Assembly (NCBI GenBank): GCA_041178425.1
Contig: JBEGVH010000020.1
Location: 64,001 to 128,000, forward strand
DNA length: 64,000 bases
Direction of reading: 5' to 3'
Origin: Pseudomonadota bacterium
GTDB taxonomy: Bacteria; Bdellovibrionota; Bdellovibrionia; Bdellovibrionales; Bdellovibrionaceae
Every line of letters starts with the position of its first letter. The stretch's first letter is position 1. The notes beneath the pieces were generated by a model. That model did not search any database. It saw only the letters and a program-made list of their open reading frames with translations, and was not told where the DNA came from. Positions 9,891 through 20,253 of the stretch are shown here, piece by piece. The position numbers and the translations under genes are program-made.

Positions 9891-10693
9891 GCAACCACTC
9901 CCTTGTATTTTAATCCAAGGAATTCATAAATAGTTCGGCGAAGCTCCACGGCATCAACATTAGGTATTAAATGACCCGCCTGTACAATTCCAACGGATCG
10001 AGACTCTTCACTCACTACTAAAACAAGAGCATCCGTTTCTTCGGTGAGACCCAGAGCTGCCCTATGGCGAGTTCCCAGGTTGCGATCAAGAATAGGATTT
10101 TTACTCAGCGGTAAAAAACACCCTACGGAGAGAATACGACTATTCCGAATGACCATGGCCCCATCATGCACCGGACTGGTGGGGTGAAAAACGGATTCAA
10201 TAATTTCGGAAGACACACGACTATCCATTTCGGTGCCCGATTCGATGTGATAATCTACAGAAATATCTCTTTCAATCACAACAAGAGCGCCGAATCCTTT
10301 TTGAGCGGTCCCCATGATTCCCTTGACGATCTCTTCGATTACATGGGTTTCTTGAACAGTCGAAACACCATTAAGAAAAGACTGACTTCCTAGCTGGGCA
10401 AGAACACGACGAATTTCACTTTGAAACAGAATCACCACAATCAAAAAGAGATGAGCAAAAAACTTATCGAGTAACCAGTTAAATGTATATAAGCCAAAAT
10501 GAAGACTAAGAATGTAAAATATCGCTAATAGGCCCAAACCTGATAGAATTTGAACCGCCCCCGTTTTTCTAATAAGCAACAGGAGTCGGTAAACTAAAAA
10601 CCAAACGAGCAAAAGGTCAATTGCGTCTTGCCAACGAAATTGACCCCAAATAAATTGCCAGTTTTCAATGAACTGTCGAAACAAACTATCCAC
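9887..10693 (-). CDS. cdaA: membrane diadenylate cyclase
   Basis: 3 N-terminal TMs, GALVVIER, PVHDGA, LGTRHRAALGLTEETDA, VVSEE. Confidence 0.95.
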   Translation of the reverse strand: MDSLFRQFIENWQFIWGQFRWQDAIDLLLVWFLVYRLLLLIRKTGAVQILSGLGLLAIFYILSLHFGLYTFNWLLDKFFAHLFLIVVILFQSEIRRVLAQLGSQSFLNGVSTVQETHVIEEIVKGIMGTAQKGFGALVVIERDISVDYHIESGTEMDSRVSSEIIESVFHPTSPVHDGAMVIRNSRILSVGCFLPLSKNPILDRNLGTRHRAALGLTEETDALVLVVSEESRSVGIVQAGHLIPNVDAVELRRTIYEFLGLKYKGVVA

Positions 10694-10719
10694 CCATCCT
10701 CCCTGATCGGTGAAAAATA

Positions 10720-12699
10720 TTAAACCGTAACAGGACCTCGCCCACCCACAGGATCATTGCCGCTATCACCTTTGGCTTTTTCAATGGCCTCAGCCGAGAT
10801 TTCAACTTTATCTCCGCCTTGCCCACCACCACCACTGTGTCGGTTAGCGTTCTCTCGCATTTTTTGAATTTCTTGAACGAGTCCGCCATTCACTAAAAAT
10901 TCAACTTCTTGACTATCAATAGTTTCATATTCGAGAAGGGCTTGAGTGAGTTTTTCGAGAGCTTCACGACCTTCTTCAAGAATCGTTTTAGCTTTTTTGT
11001 ATCCTTCGTCGATAATTCTGAACACTTCCGCATCAATCTCTTGAGCTTTAGAATCAGAATAATCTCTCGATGTTGAACCATACTGCATTCCTAAGAACAC
11101 TGGGCCTTCGCGTTTTTCGTATGAGAGAGGACCAAGCTTATCGCTCATGCCCCACTCACAAACCATGCGTCGTGCAATTTCAGTGGCTCTTTCGATGTCG
11201 TTACCCGCACCCGTCGTTACATCTTTGTAGATCAACTCTTCTGCTGCTCGACCACCAAACAAAAAGGCAATCATGTTTTCAGCTTTTGATTTTGACAGAT
11301 TCAAAGAGTCTTTTTCTGGAAGTGTTTGAGTAATACCAAGTGCCATTCCGCGGGGAATGATAGTGACTTTATGAATTGGATCCAAACCAGAAAGTTTCTT
11401 ACCAACAAGTGTATGACCAGCCTCGTGATAGGCTGTGATCTTTTTGTCTTCGTCGGAGATGACCATCGAACGACGCTCAGAACCCATCAATACTTTGTCT
11501 TTAGCCATTTCGAAATCGACCATGGTCAAAAACTTTTTTTCTCCACGAGCGGCAACAAGAGCTGCTTCGTTGACCAAGTTTTCAAGATCAGCACCAGAAA
11601 ATCCCGGAGTCCCGCGCGCAATTTTACTAAGGTCAACATCGGGCCCCAATGGGGTCTTACGAGTGTGAACTTGAAGAACGAAAAGGCGGCCGTTTAAATC
11701 AGGCTTATTAACGACAACTCGTCGATCAAAACGTCCAGGTCGCAACAAGGCGGGATCAAGAACATCGGGACGGTTGGTGGCCGCAATCAAAATAACTCCA
11801 TCATTACTCTCGAAACCATCCATTTCTACGAGAAGTTGGTTCAGCGTTTGCTCACGTTCGTCGTGTCCTCCGCCCATACCAGCTCCACGATGACGACCGA
11901 CAGCATCGATTTCATCGATAAAAATCAAACAGGGAGCTTGGCGTTTCCCTTGCTCGAAAAGATCACGAACACGGCTCGCACCAACACCCACAAACATTTC
12001 AACAAAGTCAGAACCAGAAATGGTAAAGAACGGAACGCCAGCTTCGCCCGCAATCGCACGAGCCAACAAAGTTTTACCTGTTCCCGGAGGGCCAACGAGC
12101 AATACGCCTTTTGGAATACGACCACCCAAACGAGTGTATTTTTTTGGGTCTTTTAAGAAATGAACAATCTCACTCAACTCTTCTTTGGCCTCATCAACCC
12201 CCGCGACGTCTTTGAAGGTGACTTTATTTTTATGCTCAGTCAAAAGTCGAGCACGGCTCTTACCAAAAGACATGGCCTTACCACCGCCCACCTGAACTTG
12301 GCGCATGATGAACAAGAACATGAGAACAATCAAAACCAGTGGCAACCAGTTTATGAGAAACGACTGAAACACGTTCGCATTTTCGCCACGTTCGTAATTG
12401 GGAACAATTCCCATGGCCTTGACCTCTTTGTAACCCTCGTCAGTAGTATTACCAATAATATTGAAGTACTTACCACTGTACTTGGTTTCAAACTCAGGCT
12501 TCACTTCACCGTAAATTTCGCTCGTGTCTTGTTTAAATGTAACCGAAGCAACTTCGTTATTTTTCAAAGCCTCTACGAAACGGGAGTAGTTGAACTCTTG
12601 AATCATTGTGGGATGACGATTTTCGTAGGAATGCCACAAGAAAATCCCCATCAAAAACAAGAAGAACCACAAAGCCAAGGTCTTTTGACTGTTACGCAT
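10720..12699 (-). CDS. ftsH: ATP-dependent zinc metalloprotease FtsH
   Basis: 2 TMs, [33 protein letters not shown] at 12699 preferred. Confidence 0.98.
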   Translation of the reverse strand: MRNSQKTLALWFFLFLMGIFLWHSYENRHPTMIQEFNYSRFVEALKNNEVASVTFKQDTSEIYGEVKPEFETKYSGKYFNIIGNTTDEGYKEVKAMGIVPNYERGENANVFQSFLINWLPLVLIVLMFLFIMRQVQVGGGKAMSFGKSRARLLTEHKNKVTFKDVAGVDEAKEELSEIVHFLKDPKKYTRLGGRIPKGVLLVGPPGTGKTLLARAIAGEAGVPFFTISGSDFVEMFVGVGASRVRDLFEQGKRQAPCLIFIDEIDAVGRHRGAGMGGGHDEREQTLNQLLVEMDGFESNDGVILIAATNRPDVLDPALLRPGRFDRRVVVNKPDLNGRLFVLQVHTRKTPLGPDVDLSKIARGTPGFSGADLENLVNEAALVAARGEKKFLTMVDFEMAKDKVLMGSERRSMVISDEDKKITAYHEAGHTLVGKKLSGLDPIHKVTIIPRGMALGITQTLPEKDSLNLSKSKAENMIAFLFGGRAAEELIYKDVTTGAGNDIERATEIARRMVCEWGMSDKLGPLSYEKREGPVFLGMQYGSTSRDYSDSKAQEIDAEVFRIIDEGYKKAKTILEEGREALEKLTQALLEYETIDSQEVEFLVNGGLVQEIQKMRENANRHSGGGGQGGDKVEISAEAIEKAKGDSGNDPVGGRGPVTV

Positions 12700-12812
12700 G
12701 AATATTCCTTTCAAAAAAACCACTCACTTCAACAGTGTTAGTTTATCTGTAGATAACCTTATAGATACAATGAAAGGTCGCCTCAAATAAAAAAACTCGC
12801 CGAAAGGGTGAG

Positions 12813-13778
12813 TCAGAGAAAATGTGAGATGATCTCCGCTCTTACCTGCCTCGCGTCAATCGCCCATAAGACAGATCTAAAAGTGAATGTGTGTACGATT
12901 TGTGAGTTGTCTAGTCGCTTGTGGATTTCTTCAATTTGCCCCTGCGAATAATCTCGAAGGCCAAGCTTTAATAAAACTGTGGCTAATAAGCGCCTTTGGT
13001 CGCTCTTAGAAAGCCCCAAATATCCCTGCCGAGCAAATGAGAGTCGACTCTGCCCCTCAATTGTCAGTTCAAGAGGCACCGGAATCTCCATGGCCTCGAC
13101 CAAGAGCTGAAGCGAGCGACCCAAGTTGGCCGTCAAACCCCTCTGACGGTTCTCAATAAAAGGAAGAAGTTGATGTCGAACCCAGTTCCTCTGAGGGTCG
13201 AGAGACGAATTCGATGGGTCTTCGAGGTTAGTTAAGTTATTTTTTTTAGCGTACTCCATGATCTCGGAGCGAGACACCTCGAGGAGGGGGCGCCAAAGAT
13301 CTCCCTCCAACGACGTCATTGAGCTCAACCCCGCAGGGCCAGTCCCTCGCAACAGTCGCAAGATTCGAGTTTCTAATAAATCGTCAAAATGATGGGCCGT
13401 GAGAATTAAATCGCATTCATGCTCGAGCTTTAGTCGATGAAGCTCGTGATAACGATACTCACGCAAGGATTCCTCGGAGAAAAGTGGTTGAGGGCTAGGT
13501 CCACCCTGAACAAAGGAAACACCTAATTTTGTAACACAGTAGTCGCGACACCACTCCAAGGCTTCATCACGCCAAGCCTGATTCTCAGCTTGGCCATGGT
13601 GAACATGAGCGGCAATAAACTCGAATTGGCCTGCCGATGACAATCGATGGATCACATTGAGCAAAACAACAGAATCCACGCCTCCGCTAAACGCCACCAA
13701 TAGCCGTTTAAACGGGGGCCACTCACGTTTGCTCTTCCAAATTTTATGATCTAAATCTGACCAAACCGTCTTTTTCAC
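12813..13778 (-). CDS. tilS: tRNA(Ile)-lysidine synthetase
   Basis: AFSGGVDS PP-loop, TAHHFDD, RGTG, DPSN, RNWVRH; upstream of ftsH. Confidence 0.95.
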   Translation of the reverse strand: MKKTVWSDLDHKIWKSKREWPPFKRLLVAFSGGVDSVVLLNVIHRLSSAGQFEFIAAHVHHGQAENQAWRDEALEWCRDYCVTKLGVSFVQGGPSPQPLFSEESLREYRYHELHRLKLEHECDLILTAHHFDDLLETRILRLLRGTGPAGLSSMTSLEGDLWRPLLEVSRSEIMEYAKKNNLTNLEDPSNSSLDPQRNWVRHQLLPFIENRQRGLTANLGRSLQLLVEAMEIPVPLELTIEGQSRLSFARQGYLGLSKSDQRRLLATVLLKLGLRDYSQGQIEEIHKRLDNSQIVHTFTFRSVLWAIDARQVRAEIISHFL

Positions 13779-13793
13779 AAGCTCTTCATGCGG

Positions 13794-15206
13794 CTAAATA
13801 TGATTTTTGGCAACGCCTATAGTTTTTAAATTTACGAATTCCAAGACCCCATGAGCACCTAACTCTCGTCCCCAACCCGAATCTTTGATTCCACCAAAAG
13901 GAACCCGGGGATCACTCTGAACCGTATCATTAATGGCAACAACACCTGCTTCAATTTCATCGGCCGCTATTTGCCATGCAAGCTCCGCATTTCGAGAAAA
14001 AATCGCCGCACCTAATCCGTAGGTGGTTTGATTGGCCCAGTGAATAGCCTCCTCATTTGATGCCACCGATAATAAAGGCATCACCGGTCCGAAACATTCC
14101 TCATTAAAAATAGGCATACCTGGATTAATGAGATCAACCACTGTGGGCTCTACAAAAAAACCTTTACCGTTAGATGGCGGTTCAGAAGAGCTTACACCGG
14201 CTATAACTTGGGCTCCCAATCGAACACTGTTATCTAATTGCTGTAATAACCCAGCACGCAATCGCTCTTCGGCCATCGGACCAATATCTGTAGTTTCTAA
14301 GGCAGGGTCTCCCATTTGGAGTTTGCTAACTTGGCTTAAAACCTCTCTTTTGAAGTCTTGATAAACATCTTGGTGAATAATAAATCTCTTGGCCGCGACA
14401 CAGCTTTGACCCGCATTGATAAAACGAGATTTAACGCACAACTGAGCTGCCAATTCGATATCCGCATCAGCCAAAATTAAATAAGGGTCACTCCCCCCCA
14501 ATTCAAGAACGCATTTTTTTAAATAACGACCGGCTGTAGAGGCGAGAAGTCTCCCCACGCGCGTACTGCCAGTAAAGCTCACCGCACGAACTCTTGAATC
14601 TCCAATAACTTGCTCAACGTGTTCATTCGTCATTGGCAATTGAGTTAACACTGAGGAGGAAAAAGCTTCTCGCACGAGATCTTGGATCCTGCGAGCGCAC
14701 CCCTGCACCGATGGCGCATGCTTTAATAGAACCACATTTCCCGTGAGCCACGCTGGAACTGCAAAGCGAATCACCTGCCAAAAGGGAAAATTCCACGGCA
14801 TCACGGCAAGCACGATTCCTAGCGGCTTTTTAACAACCCAAGTATGGCCATAATGAGCCGACACCTCTTCACTGGCCACAAACCTTTCGCCCATTTCTGC
14901 ATAGTAGTCACAAGTGAAGGCACACTTTTCTATTTCAGCTCGCCCCTGTTTGATAGGTTTTCCCATCTCCTGAGCCATGAGCTGCGCAAGAAGCTCTTTG
15001 TTCTTACGCAAAAGATGGCCGAGGCGAAGAATTCCTTCAGTTCGGTCATAAACTGGAAAACGACGAAAATTGAAAAATTCTTTTTCTAGTTCAGAAATCC
15101 CCGCATCGATTTCTTCTGGGGTTGAATAAAAATACTGGGAAAGTGGTTCTCCCGTGTTTGGATTTATCGTTGTCCAATGCCGACTGGGGTTTTCCGTAAT
15201 ACTCAT
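13794..15206 (-). CDS. NAD(P)-dependent aldehyde dehydrogenase, succinate-semialdehyde dehydrogenase (Sad/GabD1-like)
   Basis: VMPWNFPFWQ, SFTGS, LELGGSDP, NAGQSCVAAKRF, EECFGPV, PFGGIKDSGWGRE. Confidence 0.9.
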   Translation of the reverse strand: MSITENPSRHWTTINPNTGEPLSQYFYSTPEEIDAGISELEKEFFNFRRFPVYDRTEGILRLGHLLRKNKELLAQLMAQEMGKPIKQGRAEIEKCAFTCDYYAEMGERFVASEEVSAHYGHTWVVKKPLGIVLAVMPWNFPFWQVIRFAVPAWLTGNVVLLKHAPSVQGCARRIQDLVREAFSSSVLTQLPMTNEHVEQVIGDSRVRAVSFTGSTRVGRLLASTAGRYLKKCVLELGGSDPYLILADADIELAAQLCVKSRFINAGQSCVAAKRFIIHQDVYQDFKREVLSQVSKLQMGDPALETTDIGPMAEERLRAGLLQQLDNSVRLGAQVIAGVSSSEPPSNGKGFFVEPTVVDLINPGMPIFNEECFGPVMPLLSVASNEEAIHWANQTTYGLGAAIFSRNAELAWQIAADEIEAGVVAINDTVQSDPRVPFGGIKDSGWGRELGAHGVLEFVNLKTIGVAKNHI

Positions 15207-15577
15207 GACTTCGATTGAGTTGAGTCTTTTTTAATAATTTCAATATCGGCTGTGATTCGAAAACGATGGGTTTCGGCGATTTTGGCAAACTCCTTCGCAA
15301 AATCCACCTTTTGAATAATTTGAATAATTTCTTTACCCACTCGCTGAATGAGCTCTTCTTTAGAACGACCGGCTTGTTGCAAAAGTACATTCAGAAACTC
15401 TTTAGGGAGCTTAAGTTCAGCCAAATAGGTGCGAATGTTCTCTTCCGTCATGAAAGCCGCACCTACACCCGCCGCAAAAACTTTTTTTAGTGCTTCACCA
15501 AAAAGACTCCGAGTTTCATCGGAGCCATCAATATCTTCATCGTCTTCGTGAGAATGATGACTCTTTTTGCCCGTCAT
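15203..15577 (-). CDS. hypothetical protein (amphipathic helical, phasin-like N-terminus)
   Basis: LKKVFAAGVGAAFMTEE resembles phasin-family starts; strong RBS AGGAGG; coupled to the downstream gene. Confidence 0.6.
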   Translation of the reverse strand: MTGKKSHHSHEDDEDIDGSDETRSLFGEALKKVFAAGVGAAFMTEENIRTYLAELKLPKEFLNVLLQQAGRSKEELIQRVGKEIIQIIQKVDFAKEFAKIAETHRFRITADIEIIKKDSTQSKS

Positions 15578-15588
15578 AGACTCCTCCT

Positions 15589-16020
15589 CTACTTACCGTA
15601 AAGTTCTTGGACTCGTTTATGATAGGAGCTCATCATCGCAGGCAGATTGACATTGACAAGAGCTTTGGCAATAGGACCAGGGACAAACATATTAAAAGTA
15701 GCGTCTAACTGATAACTCGCGCGGCATTTCCCGGCTTCGTCTTGAAGCTTCCAAGAGCCCACTGAAGTTTTGAACATGTCGCCCGACTCAAGCTGCCAAC
15801 TAATCTCGCTCGGAGCAATTTCGCTAAGCCATAGATTGTATTTGAACGACTTAATCACAGAAACTTCAAACTCAACGAGTTTTTTAACGCCATTGGCTTG
15901 AAGTACTTTCGTTTTTGATACCTCTTTAAGAAATTCTGGATATTTTTCGTAATCAGAAATAATTTTAAAAAACTGTTCTACACTACAGTTAAAAACTTCG
16001 GTTGTTTGAGCACTGGCCAC
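15589..16020 (-). CDS. SRPBCC/START-domain protein (Coq10/RatA-like cyclase family)
   Basis: FFKIISDYEKYPEFL, ISWQLESGDMFK..GSWKL; GTG start with GGAGG. Confidence 0.8.
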   Translation of the reverse strand: MASAQTTEVFNCSVEQFFKIISDYEKYPEFLKEVSKTKVLQANGVKKLVEFEVSVIKSFKYNLWLSEIAPSEISWQLESGDMFKTSVGSWKLQDEAGKCRASYQLDATFNMFVPGPIAKALVNVNLPAMMSSYHKRVQELYGK

Positions 16021-16147
16021 TGAGACCTCCTACTTTTTAGAAAGCTTATACGTCATTTCATGCCATCTTGATGACTTTGACAACATAGATCTTATTTTTG
16101 TCTTTGTCCAAGTTTTGTAAGACATCCCAATTATAGGAAGACGTCTA

Positions 16148-16447
16148 TTAACTCTTCTTACCGAAATTTTTAAAGAGGGCCTCTGCCTGCGCCCTGAGGT
16201 CCTCTTTTGATGGTCCCGCCACCGCTGACTTATCACCTATTTTAAAGTAATCGCAAAAATTAGAACGATCTTTTTCTCTAACCACATCGGCTTGCGGCTC
16301 TCGACATTCATTGTAGGCCGATCGGTCGTACCAGGTACAATTCTTACAAACATGAACATCTGCTCGGCATGAAGGGCACTCTTCTCGACGACCCACTTCA
16401 GCGCCGAGATTGAGGCTTTTACCACAAGAAAAGCAAGCACCCGCCAC
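16148..16447 (-). CDS. small Cys-rich putative metal-binding protein
   Basis: CxxC, CxxC, CxxC, C..C pattern; ends AEALFK. Confidence 0.7.
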   Translation of the reverse strand: MAGACFSCGKSLNLGAEVGRREECPSCRADVHVCKNCTWYDRSAYNECREPQADVVREKDRSNFCDYFKIGDKSAVAGPSKEDLRAQAEALFKNFGKKS

Positions 16448-16449
16448 TT

Positions 16450-17412
16450 CTAAACCCCGGGCTTAATCGTCAAGTTGTGGTGAGCTTGAATGGTTCTGAC
16501 GGTTCCTGTTTTAGAACGCATAACTACCGAATGTGTTGTCGCCTGACGCCCAGGCAAAAGTTTAATACCTTTTAAAAGAGGCCCATCCGTAACACCAGTC
16601 GCACAAAACATAACCGAGCCAAAGGCAAGCTCATCTAACTTATAAGTCTTATTGAGATCAGCAACTCCCATTTTCGTAGCTCGGACTTTTTCTTCATCAT
16701 TGCGAAACTTTAATCGACCTTGAAAATCGCCTCCCATGCAGCGCATTGCCGCCGCAGAGATAACTCCCTCTGGAGCTCCACCGATACCGATGAGCATGTC
16801 GATCCCTGATTCAGGCCAAGCAGCTGCTACCGCCGCCGAAACATCACCATCGCCAATCAATTGAATTCGAGCACCCGTTTTTCTAACTTCCTGAATGAGA
16901 TCGTGGTGACGAGGTCGATCAAGAATTACAACCATCATGTCACCGACGGGTTTTCTAAGTGCTTCCGCCACGCGATGAACATTTTCGGTTGGGCTTAGAT
17001 CAAGATTAATAACACCCTTTGCTCCCGGTCCGCAGGCAATCTTGTCCATATAGGTGTCTGGAGCATGTAGGAAACCGCCTTTTTCTGCCACTGCGATCAC
17101 CGAAATGGCACCAACTCCACCCTTGGCACAAATCGTAGTTCCTTCGAGCGGATCAAGAGCAATATCAATTTTAGGAGCTTCATCGGATTTGCGACCAACC
17201 TTTTCACCAATATAGAGCATTGGAGCTTCATCGCGCTCGCCCTCTCCGATCACGACTGTTCCATCGATTCTTAACGTATCGAAGGCTCTGCGCATGGCAT
17301 CCACAGCTGCTTTATCGGCTGCATTTTCATCACCACGACCGATTAAATTGGCGCAAGCAAGCGCTGCTGCCTCGGTGATTCGAACAAACTCCAAAGCTAA
17401 GTTACGATCCAT
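16450..17412 (-). CDS. glpX: fructose-1,6-bisphosphatase class II
   Basis: VIGEGERDEAPMLYIGE, DPLEGT, APDTYMDK, GDGDV, GGAPEGV. Confidence 0.97.
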   Translation of the reverse strand: MDRNLALEFVRITEAAALACANLIGRGDENAADKAAVDAMRRAFDTLRIDGTVVIGEGERDEAPMLYIGEKVGRKSDEAPKIDIALDPLEGTTICAKGGVGAISVIAVAEKGGFLHAPDTYMDKIACGPGAKGVINLDLSPTENVHRVAEALRKPVGDMMVVILDRPRHHDLIQEVRKTGARIQLIGDGDVSAAVAAAWPESGIDMLIGIGGAPEGVISAAAMRCMGGDFQGRLKFRNDEEKVRATKMGVADLNKTYKLDELAFGSVMFCATGVTDGPLLKGIKLLPGRQATTHSVVMRSKTGTVRTIQAHHNLTIKPGV

Positions 17413-17833
17413 GATTGGTCTCCCCTATTTTTTCTGCCTCTCGAGCAAAAAATTTTTTTAGTTCCCCTGGAGGTTTAATTGGCTGCATTTTGTTATTAAC
17501 GCAAGCAAGAACCACAACTCCCTGCGAAACCACTGGGTGATCATGTTTTAGAGATCGAATTATTGCCTCAAATTGGAAGCGACTTCGTCTCTGCACAACC
17601 TGCAGTTCGACTTCAAACTCGTCTCCCCAACGCAGAGGAGCTTTGTAGCTGATATTGATATCAATCACTGCAAAAACGCAATCTTGTTCGACCCCATGAA
17701 GGTGAATTAAGTTTTCAGCTCTCAGCCATGCAAATCGAGCTTCTTCCATGTAACGAATATAGTTTGAATGATGCACAACGCCCATCAAGTCCGTCTCATA
17801 AAGATGAACGGGGCGAGAGTATTTGAAGGACAT
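17402..17833 (-). CDS. acyl-CoA thioesterase, YbgC/FcbC hot-dog family
   Basis: YETDLMGVVHHSNYIRYMEEAR. Confidence 0.9.
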   Translation of the reverse strand: MSFKYSRPVHLYETDLMGVVHHSNYIRYMEEARFAWLRAENLIHLHGVEQDCVFAVIDINISYKAPLRWGDEFEVELQVVQRRSRFQFEAIIRSLKHDHPVVSQGVVVLACVNNKMQPIKPPGELKKFFAREAEKIGETNHGS

Positions 17834-17844
17834 TTGAAGTCTCC

Positions 17845-18576
17845 TTACAGACCCATCTTCTTTCTTTGTAAAAGATCGAAGATTGCTTGAGTATCATCGT
17901 TTCCTTTTGGAATCCGAATCAAGAGTCTTTGTAATCGGTCAATCCAACCGTGGCCAAGGGAGAGCTTTTGCTCCGAAAAGTTCTTTATCAGAAAGGGCGC
18001 GCCGTATCCAGCTGCCTCATCCGCTGTGCTCGCCGTTCTGGCCACACGAAAGTAGCCATTTTCGTAAACTAAAACCGTATTGTCGTATTCGATATAAGCC
18101 TTGGCGACACTAAATCCATCTTTCCAAATAAAGAAGTTTGTATCGAAGGGACCATGATACCAAGTATCGCAATCTAGATGCCCCTTCAAAAGCTCAGGCT
18201 GCATTTCACGAATATTTTCTGCCACAATATAATCTTTGATTGTTTGATCGATCTTGATTCGCCCCTCAGGACTGGTCGAATCAATTTTAAATCCGATGAC
18301 GGTCGCAGTCTTTCTTACCACTCGAAGAGCAACCTGCACCTGTTGCTGATCCTCCCCTGGCAAAAGAATATTACCCTCAACATAATCGCCTAGCTTGATG
18401 TTATCCATGAACCCGTGACCGTTAATGGCTAAACCTGAATAACTCAGATCGAGCACTGGAGACTTGCCCCCTTTGGGCCAAAGAAACTGGAGTCCACCCA
18501 TGAGATCAAAATGTCCATCAGGATGGGCTAGCAATAATCTAGGAAATTTTCGACGATCTATTAATTCGATACTCAC
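17845..18576 (-). CDS. PilZ-like domain protein
   Basis: DRRKFPR (RxxxR) and DLSYSG (DxSxxG) c-di-GMP-binding-type motifs. Confidence 0.7.
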   Translation of the reverse strand: MSIELIDRRKFPRLLLAHPDGHFDLMGGLQFLWPKGGKSPVLDLSYSGLAINGHGFMDNIKLGDYVEGNILLPGEDQQQVQVALRVVRKTATVIGFKIDSTSPEGRIKIDQTIKDYIVAENIREMQPELLKGHLDCDTWYHGPFDTNFFIWKDGFSVAKAYIEYDNTVLVYENGYFRVARTASTADEAAGYGAPFLIKNFSEQKLSLGHGWIDRLQRLLIRIPKGNDDTQAIFDLLQRKKMGL

Positions 18577-18655
18577 CAGCTCACCTCTTACGACAACAGG
18601 TTCTATTTACTATGATTGGAGAATTCGTAAGCGAAAGCAAGTGTTTGCTTAAAGC

Positions 18656-19285
18656 TCAATGCACCAGCGCCGCTCTTTTTTCTTCGATGATTCGCCTCAT
18701 CTCTTTAGCAACATAGCTCATCACAGCCTCACAACCGGGAATAAACAAAAACGAAGCTAAATTCACCTCCCCCGAATAATCCCCCTCAAAACCAATCTCG
18801 GTGGTCTCCTTTGAGTAAGAAGAAAAATTCAAATGCCCCCGTAAACCTTTAAAAAATCCCTGTTCAACGCGAAACGATAGCGATCTGATGGATGGCAACT
18901 CTTGCTGTTCCTTGATAACAACCAAAAGGTTGCGGGAAAATCCAAGAAATCGAATATCGAGAGCGAGTCTACTCGAAGGCTTATCAAAGCTGACTGTCCT
19001 AAAAAACCAATCGAGACGCGCCAATTGTTCATATTGACGAGCAACGTTCCAACTTGTTTGCAAATCGGCCTTCACGTGCCCACCACCACTGAAGCGCCAT
19101 TGATGGTTATCAGAGAGTCTTTTGACTGAAACAAAAATTTCTCGATTTTGAACCACTCTTTGATACAGATCAGGCTTGACCCTCCAAAAAGGAGACGGCC
19201 CTGCTCCGTCAACGCCCACGAGGGCAAAGACCGGCTGTAATAACCAAAAATAAGTGAGTAAAAAACCCCATCGCATCAACAACAA
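18656..19285 (-). CDS. secreted hypothetical protein, possible SRPBCC fold
   Basis: Signal-peptide-like N-terminus (..QPVFA); 209-aa ORF fills the gap. Confidence 0.6.
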   Translation of the reverse strand: MLLMRWGFLLTYFWLLQPVFALVGVDGAGPSPFWRVKPDLYQRVVQNREIFVSVKRLSDNHQWRFSGGGHVKADLQTSWNVARQYEQLARLDWFFRTVSFDKPSSRLALDIRFLGFSRNLLVVIKEQQELPSIRSLSFRVEQGFFKGLRGHLNFSSYSKETTEIGFEGDYSGEVNLASFLFIPGCEAVMSYVAKEMRRIIEEKRAALVH

Positions 19286-19356
19286 ATATTTTTCCTTGTT
19301 TCAATCCCTAAACAAATCCGATAGTGTGGGCATAGTTTTGCAAAAAAGGAGATGGC

Positions 19357-19920
19357 ATGTCCACGAATGATTGGCGAAAAAAACTACCAATGTGGTTTAC
19401 CTACAGCCGGATGTTACTCGCCATTCCCATTCTTGCGTTGATGACCATTGATAGCATTGCTGCTCGTTGGGCGGCCTGCGTCCTGTTTGGACTAGCCAGT
19501 GTCACCGACTATTACGATGGCTATTTTGCACGAAAATACGACGCTTCGACCAATATGGGAAAGTTCATGGATCCCGTGGCAGATAAAATTCTGGTCTCTG
19601 CTATTTTAGTGATGTTGGTGGTTCAAAACTTGATAGATCCCTACATGGTGGTTCTCATTATCACTCGCGACACGCTCATTGGAGGGCTTCGTTCGGTGGC
19701 TGCCGCCGATCAAATCGTTATTGCTGCTAAACCTGCAGGCAAATGGAAAACAGCCATGCAAATGCTTGCGATCCCTTTCCTAATTTTGGGCCCGAAGGTG
19801 TGGACTTTTTTCCCTCTCCATCAAGTGGGTTATGGTGCCCTCTGGCTGAGTACGGTTCTCAGTTTAACCAGCGGTTGGGAGTATTATCAAGGCTACCAAG
19901 AAGCCATTAAAAATAAGTAA
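19357..19920 (+). CDS. pgsA: CDP-diacylglycerol--glycerol-3-phosphate 3-phosphatidyltransferase
   Basis: TDYYDGYFAR..GKFMDPVADK CDP-alcohol motif; GKWKT; followed by tRNA-Gly. Confidence 0.93.
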   Translation: MSTNDWRKKLPMWFTYSRMLLAIPILALMTIDSIAARWAACVLFGLASVTDYYDGYFARKYDASTNMGKFMDPVADKILVSAILVMLVVQNLIDPYMVVLIITRDTLIGGLRSVAAADQIVIAAKPAGKWKTAMQMLAIPFLILGPKVWTFFPLHQVGYGALWLSTVLSLTSGWEYYQGYQEAIKNK

Positions 19921-20125
19921 AAACAATTATTTGCGATAATTAACACTCGACCTGATAGCAATAAAAGAACGTGGGGTCTGTCCCCAAAAAAGACGAGCTC
20001 CGTCCCCAAAACTCATCAAGTTTTACAAAGATTAGTGAGGCTGACGCCCCAAGCCTTATTCTGTAAATCAAATCATTGACATAAATTAACGAGCTTATTA
20101 AACCATGGGTCTTCGTAACGATTTT

Positions 20126-20202
20126 GCGGGTGTAGCTCAGTTGGCTAGAGCGCAACCTTGCCAAGGTTGAGGTCGTGGGTTCGAGCCCCATCACCCGCTC
20201 CA
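20126..20202 (+). tRNA. tRNA-Gly (GCC)
   Basis: GCGGGTG acceptor stem, D-arm AGCTCAGTTGGCTAGAGC, anticodon arm CAACC-TTGCCAA-GGTTG, GGTTCGA T-loop, 3' CCA. Confidence 0.97.
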
Positions 20203-20253
20203 ATTATCTCTAATATCAAACGAGAGATTGGTTCTTCCGCAAAACAAATAAGA

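Noticed and set aside
11326..12741. Several plus-strand ORFs (up to 193 aa) within ftsH
   Set aside because: Antisense shadows of a highly conserved gene.
19301..19324. Possible sigma28 promoter before pgsA (TCAA...TCCGATAG)
   Set aside because: Spacer is only 12 nt versus 15-16 in the other candidates.
19940..20203. 87-aa ORF MERVMGLEPTTSTLAR
   Set aside because: Typical spurious translation of a tRNA antisense strand.
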